From NCBI GenBank assembly GCA_963699755.1, contig CAVOVB010000011.1, forward strand, positions 29,788 through 93,787: a stretch of DNA of 64,000 nt. Reading direction: 5' to 3'. This DNA is from an uncultured delta proteobacterium. Its GTDB lineage: Bacteria; Myxococcota_A; Polyangia; Polyangiales; Houyiibacteriaceae. The position numbers and the translations under genes were made by a program. Shown here piece by piece: positions 30,763 through 39,329 of this stretch (the stretch's first letter is position 1; each line of letters starts with the position of its first letter). The notes under the pieces are model-generated. The model saw only the letters and a list, made by a program, of their open reading frames with translations. It made no database searches and had not been told where the DNA came from.

Positions 30763-33243
30763 CTAGCGGATGGTCGCTCCAAAGCGATCGCTTGCCAGCC
30801 TGGCTAGCGACGCGTGGACTTTGTCCACCCTCTTGTCGGTCAGTGTTCCCTCCGGATCGCGGTAGGTCACTCGGAAGGCAAGGCTGCGATGGCCCTCCGG
30901 AATCTGATCGCCTCGGTAGAGATCGAAGAGGCGGACCGACTCCGCCAAACCCTCCGAAGCATCGCGGAGCGCGTCGGCGATCTCGCCGGCGTTGAACTGA
31001 TCATGGACGAGCATCGCGATGTCGCGCGCGACGGCCGGAAACCTCGGAAGGTCACGCGCCTGCCTCGGCCCGAGCTCTTCCGACAGGGCATGGAGCCCTG
31101 CCACACCCAGCTCCGCATAGATCACTCTACCGATGAGCCCCAGATCGAGGCCGACATCGGGGTGCATCTCTCCGACGAAGCCGATCGGGCGCGACGCAAG
31201 AGTCACGAGTGCGGAGCGCTTCGGATGCAAGAAGCTCGGCACCTCCCCCAGGACGAGCTCGGGGGCTTGCCCAAAGACGCGATCGACTATCGCTTGGACG
31301 ACGCCCTTGCCGTCGTATAGGTCAAACGATTGCTCGCCACCAATCCAACCCGAGCGCTGCCCGGCCAAGACGATCGCCAGCACGGTGTCTTCGCGCGGAA
31401 GAAGATCGTCACTCGGCTGAAACGTTCGCGCAAGCTCGAAGAGCCTGACCTCGGTTGCCCCCCTTCGCTGCGCGCGGGTCGCCGCAGCGGTGAGCCCCGG
31501 GAGTAAGGACGTCCTCATGATCGAGCGCTCTTCGGAAAGCGGGTTTGCGAGCCGCACTGCAGCAGTGGATACTCTGGCCTTGCGCAAGTCGTCGACCGAC
31601 AGAAATCCGTAATTCACGGCTTCGTAGAGGCCCGCGGCCACGGCCGCCCCTCGAAGGCGATCGGTGAACTTGAGCAAGCTGGCCGTGCCCGATTCGGACG
31701 GATGAACGCGTGGCACCGCCGTCGGAATCTCTTCGTAGCCCCGTATTCGAGCAACTTCTTCGATGAGGTCGACCTCGCGACCGAGGTCAGGCCTCCAGCT
31801 CGGTGCCTCGGCCGTGATCGCATCGTCACTTGGATCGACGATGCGACAGCCGAGCGATTCGAGGATGCGAAGGCTTTCCGTTTTCGACACCGGTGTCCCG
31901 AGAAGCTGTGTAGCTCGGGCGGGGCGAAAGCGGATCGACCTCGCCTCATACGCGGTCGCGACGCGATCGATAGCAGTTGTCGCTGCAAGCCCACGTCCGA
32001 GCTCGGCGATCAGAGAGGCAGCGCTCGCGAGAACGCGCGGGACGGCCTCCGGGTCGACACCACGTTCGAATCGATAGCTCGAATCGGTCGACAGGCCCAG
32101 GCGCCGCGACGTGCGCCGAATCGACGTCGGATCGAAGTACGCACACTCGATGAGCACGTCTTTGGTCTCATCGCGTATCTCGGTACCGAGGCCGCCCATG
32201 ACGCCAGCCACTGCGACCGGACCATTTCCGTCACAGATCAGTAGGTCGTCGCCGGTGAAGGTACGCTCGATTCCATCGAGGGTCGCCATCTTTTCGCCTG
32301 GCCTCGCCCGACGCACGACGACCTTGGATCCGCCGAGTCGGGCGAGGTCGAAACCGTGAATCGGATGGCCCCACTCGAGAAGAATCAGATTCGTCGCATC
32401 GACCACGTTCGAGAGCGCCCGAAGCCCGAGATTGTGCAGCCTGTAGCGCAGCCAAAATGGGGAAGGCGCGACTCGGACATCGACCACCAGTGCGGCGCCG
32501 TACCGAGGACAGCGATCGGCATCCAGGATTTCGACACGAATCGAGGGACACTCAGGGGCATCGGCGGCTTTGCTCCCGTCGTCCCAGAGTGCTCTGAGAT
32601 CGGTCGTCGGCTCGCCGGACTTGAAAGCGCCGCCGGCGGCGAAGGTGCGCCGCGGCCCGGCCGATTTGCGAGAAGCGAAGCCCACGCCGTAAAGCACCCC
32701 AATCTCGCGGGCGATCCCGACGTGGCCCAGGCAATCAGGACGATTGGGCGTAAGGCTGATATCCAGAATCACGTCATGAAGGTCGAGCGCATCGGCCACA
32801 TCGACGCCTGGAAGCGCTTGGTTCTCGGCGTCGACGACGAAAATTCCATCACCGTCGGTGCCGATCCCAAGCTCGGTCTCGCTGCAGATCATTCCACTCG
32901 ACTCGACGCCGGCGACCTTCCGCGGGGCGATCTGAATCCCGTTCGGCAGGACCGCGCCCGACCGGGCGAAGAGAACCTGGCCGCCTGGCTCGGGCACATT
33001 AGACGCGCCGCAGACGACCTCAAGCTCGTTCTCTCCGTCGAAGACCGTAACCAGAGTCAGGTTGTCTTTCTTCGGATGAGGGCTCTTGGCGCGAACTTCC
33101 GCGATGACGACGCCGACGAGGTTCTTGCCTTTCTCTTCCATCGCCTCGACTTCGAGACCTGCAAGCGAAAGACGTTCCGCGACCTCGGCGACATCCGCGT
33201 CGACGGGACAGAGCTCTTGCAACCAGCGAAATGAAACCAGCAT
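30763..33243 (-). CDS. pheT: phenylalanine-tRNA ligase beta subunit
   Basis: TPNRPDC, RFERGVD, EEVARIRGY, C-terminal FDX-ACB domain. Confidence 0.96.
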   Translation of the reverse strand: MLVSFRWLQELCPVDADVAEVAERLSLAGLEVEAMEEKGKNLVGVVIAEVRAKSPHPKKDNLTLVTVFDGENELEVVCGASNVPEPGGQVLFARSGAVLPNGIQIAPRKVAGVESSGMICSETELGIGTDGDGIFVVDAENQALPGVDVADALDLHDVILDISLTPNRPDCLGHVGIAREIGVLYGVGFASRKSAGPRRTFAAGGAFKSGEPTTDLRALWDDGSKAADAPECPSIRVEILDADRCPRYGAALVVDVRVAPSPFWLRYRLHNLGLRALSNVVDATNLILLEWGHPIHGFDLARLGGSKVVVRRARPGEKMATLDGIERTFTGDDLLICDGNGPVAVAGVMGGLGTEIRDETKDVLIECAYFDPTSIRRTSRRLGLSTDSSYRFERGVDPEAVPRVLASAASLIAELGRGLAATTAIDRVATAYEARSIRFRPARATQLLGTPVSKTESLRILESLGCRIVDPSDDAITAEAPSWRPDLGREVDLIEEVARIRGYEEIPTAVPRVHPSESGTASLLKFTDRLRGAAVAAGLYEAVNYGFLSVDDLRKARVSTAAVRLANPLSEERSIMRTSLLPGLTAAATRAQRRGATEVRLFELARTFQPSDDLLPREDTVLAIVLAGQRSGWIGGEQSFDLYDGKGVVQAIVDRVFGQAPELVLGEVPSFLHPKRSALVTLASRPIGFVGEMHPDVGLDLGLIGRVIYAELGVAGLHALSEELGPRQARDLPRFPAVARDIAMLVHDQFNAGEIADALRDASEGLAESVRLFDLYRGDQIPEGHRSLAFRVTYRDPEGTLTDKRVDKVHASLARLASDRFGATIR

Positions 33244-33251
33244 CACCCTTC

Positions 33252-34340
33252 CTAAAACTGCGACAGGAACCGAACGTCGTTCTCGTAGAGGAGCTTGATA
33301 TTCGGGATGCCGTACTTCAGCATGGCGATGCGGTCGAGACCCATACCAAACGCGAATCCGGTGTATTTCTCCGGGTCGTATCCGACGTTCTCGAAGACGA
33401 CTGGATGAATCATTCCGCAGCCGAGGATCTCCATCCACCCGGTGCCTTTGCAGATACGGCACTCAGCGGTACGCGCCCGGTTGCCTTCCCAGGCCCGACA
33501 GAAGACGCAACTCATGTCGACCTCGCCGCCAGGCTCGACGAACGGGAAGTAGCTCGCGCGAAAGCGAACCGCGATATGCTCATCGAATAGGCGGCGAAGA
33601 AAGAGCGTGAGCACGCCCTTGAGCTCGGCAAAGGCGACGTCTTCATCGACGAGGAACCCTTCGAGCTGAAAGAACATGGGCGAATGGGTGGCGTCATCGT
33701 CGCGGCGGTACACCGCGCCCGGAGAAACGATCGCAAGCGGGGGCTGACGCTTCATCATCTCGCGAATCTGGATGGTCGAGGTCTGCGTGCGAAGCAGCAC
33801 GCTTTCGGTGTCCGATGCGCCGTCTTCGCGGATGAAGAAGGTGTCCTGCTCGTCGGTCGCGGGATGATCCGGCGGGAATCCAAGCTTGTCGAAGCAGTTT
33901 TCGTAGAGCTCGACCTCGGGCCCATCGGCGATGTCGAAGCCGAGCGAAACGAAGATTTCGAGCACCTCGTTTCGAACGCGGGTGATCGGATGGAATCGGC
34001 CTGGCATCTGCCAGCGGCCCGGCAAGGTCACATCGAGCGCGGCACCTGTGAGCTCTGCTTCGCGCGCGCCCCGATGAATGTTCTGTAGAGCCTCATCGAA
34101 GGTCGATTGAATTTCTTGCTTGAGCGCGTTGGCAGCCTGACCAAGCGCGCGCCGCCGCTCGCCCGGGAGCTCTGGCATGAGCTTGAGGAGCTTGGTGAGC
34201 TCACCTTGCGGTCCTAGGTATCGCCCGTTGATCAAGCGAAGCTCGGGCTCGTCACCTGCAGCCCGCAAGGCTTCGGCATAGGCGCCACGGATTTCGTCAA
34301 GCCCGTTCTCGAACGTCTGAACCGCATCAGGCTTTGCCAT
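33252..34340 (-). CDS. pheS: phenylalanine-tRNA ligase alpha subunit
   Basis: YFPFVEP, GFAFGMGLDR. Confidence 0.97.
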   Translation of the reverse strand: MAKPDAVQTFENGLDEIRGAYAEALRAAGDEPELRLINGRYLGPQGELTKLLKLMPELPGERRRALGQAANALKQEIQSTFDEALQNIHRGAREAELTGAALDVTLPGRWQMPGRFHPITRVRNEVLEIFVSLGFDIADGPEVELYENCFDKLGFPPDHPATDEQDTFFIREDGASDTESVLLRTQTSTIQIREMMKRQPPLAIVSPGAVYRRDDDATHSPMFFQLEGFLVDEDVAFAELKGVLTLFLRRLFDEHIAVRFRASYFPFVEPGGEVDMSCVFCRAWEGNRARTAECRICKGTGWMEILGCGMIHPVVFENVGYDPEKYTGFAFGMGLDRIAMLKYGIPNIKLLYENDVRFLSQF

Positions 34341-34357
34341 GGCGCGTCCTGACTGTG

Positions 34358-34702
34358 TTAATCGATGGCTTCGACGACGGCCTTGAATCCGCCCGGATCG
34401 GCGTACGCAATCTCTGCGAGCACCTTGCGGTCGAGCGCGATATTCGAGCGCTTGAGCCCCGAGATGAACTGGCTGTAGTTGATGCCGTTGTTACGCGCCG
34501 CTGCATTGATGCGGGCGATCCACAGGCGGCGGTATTCGCGCTTTTTGGTGCGTCGATGCCGGTAGGCGTCCTGCCATGCGTTGTGAACCTGTTCGATCGC
34601 AACGTGGAAGGCCTTGCGGCGCGCTCCGTAGTAGCCTTTCGCATGCGTGAGCACGCGATTGCGTCGGCGGCGGGCTTTGAAGCCTCGTTTAACTCTGGGC
34701 AT
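34358..34702 (-). CDS. rplT: 50S ribosomal protein L20
   Basis: MPRVKRG, RRLWIARINAA, LDRKVLA. Confidence 0.97.
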   Translation of the reverse strand: MPRVKRGFKARRRRNRVLTHAKGYYGARRKAFHVAIEQVHNAWQDAYRHRRTKKREYRRLWIARINAAARNNGINYSQFISGLKRSNIALDRKVLAEIAYADPGGFKAVVEAID

Positions 34703-34723
34703 TGGGCGTTCTCCTTAGAAGTC

Positions 34724-34924
34724 TTAGAGCTCGTAAGGAACCAAACGCCGGATGCGGGGTTCGTCGCTCGGGTGGACCATGGAGTTCTTTTTGAGCTTCC
34801 GCAGTCGATTGGCGGACTTTCCACGCATGATGTGCTGCTTGCCAGCCGTGGAACGGCGAATGCGCCCTCCACCCGTGGCTTTGAACCGCTTCGCAGCAGC
34901 ACGCTTTGTCTTCATCTTAGGCAT
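34724..34924 (-). CDS. rpmI: 50S ribosomal protein L35
   Basis: MPKMKTKRAAAKRFK. Confidence 0.96.
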   Translation of the reverse strand: MPKMKTKRAAAKRFKATGGGRIRRSTAGKQHIMRGKSANRLRKLKKNSMVHPSDEPRIRRLVPYEL

Positions 34925-35166
34925 CTGACTGTCCTCACTTGAAGCTCCCGGACCAGCGGCGCCCGCGGCCAGGGAGCGGAGAGCAGGCTGTGTAGCGCGT
35001 GCCTCTCCTCGGTCAAGGGGACAGACTCGCCCTCCGAAACCCTTGCGGTTTCAAATGCTTGAAGGCCAAAGCGCGGTGACCCCATCGAGGCCCCCTTCTG
35101 GCGGTCAGGACCCTAACTGCGGGAAAGGGCTTCCCTCTCGAGGGTGAGCCAGTCCCCGTTGCTGTT

Positions 35167-35943
35167 ATGATTTCCCCGATGGAGTCGAGCCGACGGACGC
35201 TCCTAGCACTCTCGATTGCACTTGGCGCGGCGCTTGTGCTGATCGCGTTCTTGCTGGGTCGAGAATCAGTCAGGACGCCGAACCGCGAACCTGCGGTGGC
35301 GGCGTTCTCGCGAACGCCGATCGAGGGATCGGTGCCGGAGCGCCCCGCTGAGGAGGAGCGGCCGTGGCCCAAGTGGGCCGACCTGGCGGACGGGGAGGAT
35401 TCCGACGAAGGAACGACCCTGGCGACCGAGGTCGTCGGCGATCGAATCGAGAGAACACCGCAGCAGGATTCCGTTGCGTTTTCCAACCGCGGAAGCCGCC
35501 CAGAGCCCACGCCGATGACAGGCCCGCCGGGCCATTCTCGACTCGAAGACCGGGAAGCCGCGGTGGCCGCCTACTTCCGACAGGTCGACGTCATCCACAC
35601 CGAGGAGGGTGCTGGAGATCCCAACGCGTTCGCCATGAGTCTGATCAAGGGTGGACTTGGAGGCGCTACGTCCGGATTCGATCGGCTCATCGCGGACACC
35701 AAGGAGATGGAGCGCGAAATGCAGCGCCTGAGCCCGCCGCCCTCGTGCCAGAGGTATCATGAAGCCAGCCTCGAGGCGCTGGTCGAGAGCCGGCAGTTGC
35801 TCGAAGACATCAAGCAGGCCATCGCCGGCCGCGACATCGACCGACTCAAGGCTATCGCCCTCCGATCAAACGACCTTCGAAGCAAGGTAGAGGCGATCGA
35901 GAGGATGCGAAAACTGCTTCTCTCGGATTCGACCACCTACTGA
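35167..35943 (+). CDS. hypothetical membrane-anchored helical protein
   Basis: N-terminal TM segment, low-complexity linker, helical C-terminal domain. Confidence 0.7.
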   Translation: MISPMESSRRTLLALSIALGAALVLIAFLLGRESVRTPNREPAVAAFSRTPIEGSVPERPAEEERPWPKWADLADGEDSDEGTTLATEVVGDRIERTPQQDSVAFSNRGSRPEPTPMTGPPGHSRLEDREAAVAAYFRQVDVIHTEEGAGDPNAFAMSLIKGGLGGATSGFDRLIADTKEMEREMQRLSPPPSCQRYHEASLEALVESRQLLEDIKQAIAGRDIDRLKAIALRSNDLRSKVEAIERMRKLLLSDSTTY

Positions 35944-35982
35944 ACGTCGGGGTCAACGTTCAGCGGGAGAGTAGCGCGTCCC

Positions 35983-36546
35983 CTATTTGCCGGGTTGGAC
36001 TTTGACGCGAGGGGCGATGATGGCGGTCATCGTGCGGCCTTCTAGGCGCGCCGATGTTTCCACGGCGCCCAAGTCGTCCACGGCTTCCACGATGGTATCG
36101 ATCTGACGCTGCGCGGTTTCCGGGTGGGTGATCTCCCGGCCGCGGAAGCGAACGGTGATTTTTACCTTATTGCCCTCTTCGAGGAACCGGCGCACGTGCT
36201 TCGTCTTGAACTCGAGGTCGTGTTCGTCGGTCTTCGGGCGAAGCTTTATCTCTTTGAGCGCGATCTGCGTCTGCCTCTTGCGAGTCTCGGCCTGCTTCTT
36301 CTTTTCTTCATACTTGAACTTTCCGAAGTCCATGATCTTGCAGACAGGCGGGCTGGCCTTCGGGTTCACCTCGACCAAGTCGAGGTCGAGACCACGTGCC
36401 ATCCGACGGGCTTCGTCGGTGTTCAACACGCCCAACATTTCACCCTCGGCTCCGATGACTCGGATCTCGGGCACTCGAATGCGATCGTTGACCCGCGGAC
36501 CGAAATCCCGGGGCCGATCGCGTGATCCAAAGCGCGGTCTAGCGAT
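35983..36546 (-). CDS. infC: translation initiation factor IF-3 (probable ATC start)
   Basis: PPVCKIMDFGKFKYE, KEIKLRP, FRGRE; GAGGAG lies 6 nt before ATC. Confidence 0.95.
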   Translation of the reverse strand: MARPRFGSRDRPRDFGPRVNDRIRVPEIRVIGAEGEMLGVLNTDEARRMARGLDLDLVEVNPKASPPVCKIMDFGKFKYEEKKKQAETRKRQTQIALKEIKLRPKTDEHDLEFKTKHVRRFLEEGNKVKITVRFRGREITHPETAQRQIDTIVEAVDDLGAVETSARLEGRTMTAIIAPRVKVQPGK

Positions 36547-38530
36547 GACTATCTCCTCTTGTTGTATTCCTGGTCGAAGGGGGCCTGTTCTCCTGCGCGA
36601 GGCGATCGAAGACATCAGACATCCGGATGAACCCGAGGTCCTTATCCTCGTCTCGTGAACGGAGGGCCAGGCCCTGCCCCTCTACTTCTTTTTGACCAAT
36701 CACACCGAGATACGGAATCCGCATTAGGCGTGCTTGGCGAATCTTTGCGCCCAGCTTGTCGCTGCTCAAATCGGCGGTGACCCGGAAGCCTCGTTCCTCG
36801 AGCTCTTGCTGCACGTTCTCCGCATACTCGTTGAACTTCTCGCTCACCGTCAACAGGGCGATCTGCTCGGGCGCGAGCCAGACTGGAAAAGAGCCGCCCA
36901 CGTGCTCGGTGAGGACCCCAAAAAACCGCTCGATCGAGCCCAAAATCGCTCTGTGAAGCATCACCGGTCGATGGCTGCTGTTGTCCTGGCCCACGTAGCT
37001 GAGATCGAAGCGCTCAGGGAGATTGAAGTCTGCCTGAATGGTGCCGAGCTGCCAAGGACGTCCGATCGCGTCCTTGAGATGAAACTCGATTTTCGGCCCG
37101 TAGAACGCGCCCTCCCCTTCGGCGATTTCGTACGGAAGCGCCTTGGCTTTGACGGCCTCCTCGAGCGCTTCCTCGGACCGATCCCAGACCTCGTCGGCGC
37201 CGAGGCGCTTCTCAGGTCGGGTCGCGATCACGATGCGCACCTCTGAGAACCCGAAGTCCCGGTACGCATCATGCACGAGGTCGAGAAAGGCCTTGATCTC
37301 GTCCTGTACCTGGTCGAGCGCGCAGAAGATGTGCGCGTCGTCCTGCGCGAAGGTGCGAACGCGCGTAAGCCCCTGCACCACTCCGCTTCGCTCGAAGCGA
37401 TGAAGACGGCCGAAGTCAGCCATGCGCATCGGAAGGTCGCGATAGCTGCGCTTGGTCATCCCGTACACGAGGCAATGACTCGGGCAGTTCATCGGTTTCA
37501 CTCCGAAACGCAAAGACTCGTCGAACGCTCGCGTCCAGTCCTCGGAGCTCTTCGGAGGATTCTCCTCGATCTTGGTCTGCAGCTTTTCGAGGTTCTCTGA
37601 TGTCGCCGCCATGTACATGTTCTCTGCGTACGACGGCAAATGTCCGGAGGTGTGAAAAAGCTCGTTGTCGAAAATCTGCGGTGTGATCACCTCTTCGTAG
37701 CCATAGCGCGCATAGAGCGACCGGACGTAGCCTTCGAGGAGGTTGTAAATGGTGGCGCCGCGAGGCAGGAAGAACGGAGACGCCGGCGCGTGGGGATGGA
37801 AGGCGAAGAGCTTCAGCTCCTTGCCGAGCTTTCGATGGTCCCGCTTCTTCGCTTCTTCGAGCTGCTTGAGGTGGGCACGCAGGGCCTTGGGCGACGCGAA
37901 TGCCGTCCCGTAGATCCGTTGAAGCATTGGGTTGCGCTCGTCGCCGCGCCAGTACGCACCGGCTACGCTGGTGAGCTTCACCGCTTTCAGAAAACCCGTC
38001 GAAGGAACGTGCGGCCCTTCGCAAAGGTCGACCCAGTCGCCGTGGCGGTACAGTGAAATCGGATCATCGAGACGCTCGAGGTGCTCGAGCTTGAAGCCCT
38101 CGTCGAGCGACTGCAGCAGCCTACGCGCTTCGTCCCGGGTCACGACCTCGCGACGAAATGGGCTGTCCGCTTCGACGATCTCGGCCATCTTCTCTTCGAT
38201 GGCCCGCAAGTCCTCTTCGGAGAAAGTGCCATCGGGTTTGGCGTAGTCGTAGTAGAAGCCGTCCTCGGTCGCTGGCCCAAAGGCGACCTTGGTTCCAGGG
38301 AACAGGCGCTGAACCGCATCGGCCATGACGTGGGCGCTCGAATGCCGGATGATCGGAAGGGCATCGGCGTCGTGGGCGTCAATGGCCTTCACCTCCGACG
38401 CACCCTCGGGGATGGGGCTGTGCAAATCGTACACTTTGCCGTCCACCCTGGCGGCCACCGTGTCTTTACCTAGCGCGCTGCGCTCCTCGAGCAGCTCGCG
38501 CGCCGTGCGCGCTCTCGCTTCATTCATCAT
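36539..38530 (-). CDS. thrS: threonine-tRNA ligase
   Basis: RHSSAH, DLCEGPH, KPMNCP, QDDAHIF, FYGPKI. Confidence 0.97.
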   Translation of the reverse strand: MMNEARARTARELLEERSALGKDTVAARVDGKVYDLHSPIPEGASEVKAIDAHDADALPIIRHSSAHVMADAVQRLFPGTKVAFGPATEDGFYYDYAKPDGTFSEEDLRAIEEKMAEIVEADSPFRREVVTRDEARRLLQSLDEGFKLEHLERLDDPISLYRHGDWVDLCEGPHVPSTGFLKAVKLTSVAGAYWRGDERNPMLQRIYGTAFASPKALRAHLKQLEEAKKRDHRKLGKELKLFAFHPHAPASPFFLPRGATIYNLLEGYVRSLYARYGYEEVITPQIFDNELFHTSGHLPSYAENMYMAATSENLEKLQTKIEENPPKSSEDWTRAFDESLRFGVKPMNCPSHCLVYGMTKRSYRDLPMRMADFGRLHRFERSGVVQGLTRVRTFAQDDAHIFCALDQVQDEIKAFLDLVHDAYRDFGFSEVRIVIATRPEKRLGADEVWDRSEEALEEAVKAKALPYEIAEGEGAFYGPKIEFHLKDAIGRPWQLGTIQADFNLPERFDLSYVGQDNSSHRPVMLHRAILGSIERFFGVLTEHVGGSFPVWLAPEQIALLTVSEKFNEYAENVQQELEERGFRVTADLSSDKLGAKIRQARLMRIPYLGVIGQKEVEGQGLALRSRDEDKDLGFIRMSDVFDRLAQENRPPSTRNTTRGDSHR

Positions 38531-38739
38531 CGGTCCGTGGACCGAAATATGTAGCTGACGCTCAAGATTCGCCATCTCCGGGTTGATAGGGACGCGGAGC
38601 TTTCTGACACACGGTGGGTCGATTGCAACCCTCACCGGGGGGCGTCCTCAGCGATCGGGACGCCACCGTTCGGGGGGCTGCCCTCGACGGACGGTTGCCC
38701 TCGACGGTTGGGTCTTGAACGAGCTCGAGGAGCGAGGGG

Positions 38740-38930
38740 ATGACTGACCGACTGCCGAAGAGGCCAAAGTCGCGCATGATCTGGTTCCGCGTCGATGAAG
38801 ACGATTTTCATCGGCTCGACAGCTTGGCTCAACAGACGAGCTGCTCGCGCGCAGAAGTCTTTCGGCGCTGCCTCGTCACCACGCGCGTTGAAAGTACAAC
38901 TGACGCGCACGACCTGCATTTGAGCACTGC
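38740..38930 (+). pseudogene. MobC/TraJ-like ribbon-helix-helix protein, probably truncated
   Basis: IWFRVDEDDFHRLDSLAQQTSCSRAEVFRR RHH pattern; downstream part of the ORF (to 39159) loses plausibility. Confidence 0.5.
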
Positions 38931-39284
38931 GAGGCGAAAATTGTGCGCAGGGCTGAGGTCCGTTCATCCGCCGGAGCGTCGCCAGCACGTCCGGATGTCG
39001 CAGCTGGACGACCATGGCGGGGGCGCGTGCTCCGAAATAGCGGAGTATTGTCGGATGCAAACGGGCGTCGATGAGACGCGTGTCGACGCGTTAGATCCGA
39101 TCGCGACGCGTCACGCGCACGCGACCCCAGCTCGCTTCGAGCGTACTCGGCATACGTAATTCTTTACCGAGGACTTCGATGCACGCGCGTCTTGTGTGAG
39201 CTCCCGCGCAACTCTTGCGGCGCATGTGCACCGTACTTGCGCGCCGCGCATCGCAAAAGTCGGTCGCCGCCGATGCAAGCGGAT

Positions 39285-39300
39285 TGGCACGCGAGGTGCA
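39285..39300 (+). promoter_or_regulatory. sigma54 -24/-12 promoter
   Basis: TGGCACGCGAGGTGCA (GG-N10-GC) 30 nt before the GGAGG-led ATG at 39330. Confidence 0.65.
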
Positions 39301-39329
39301 GGAATAGAGACGTAGAAGCGGAGGCTGCA

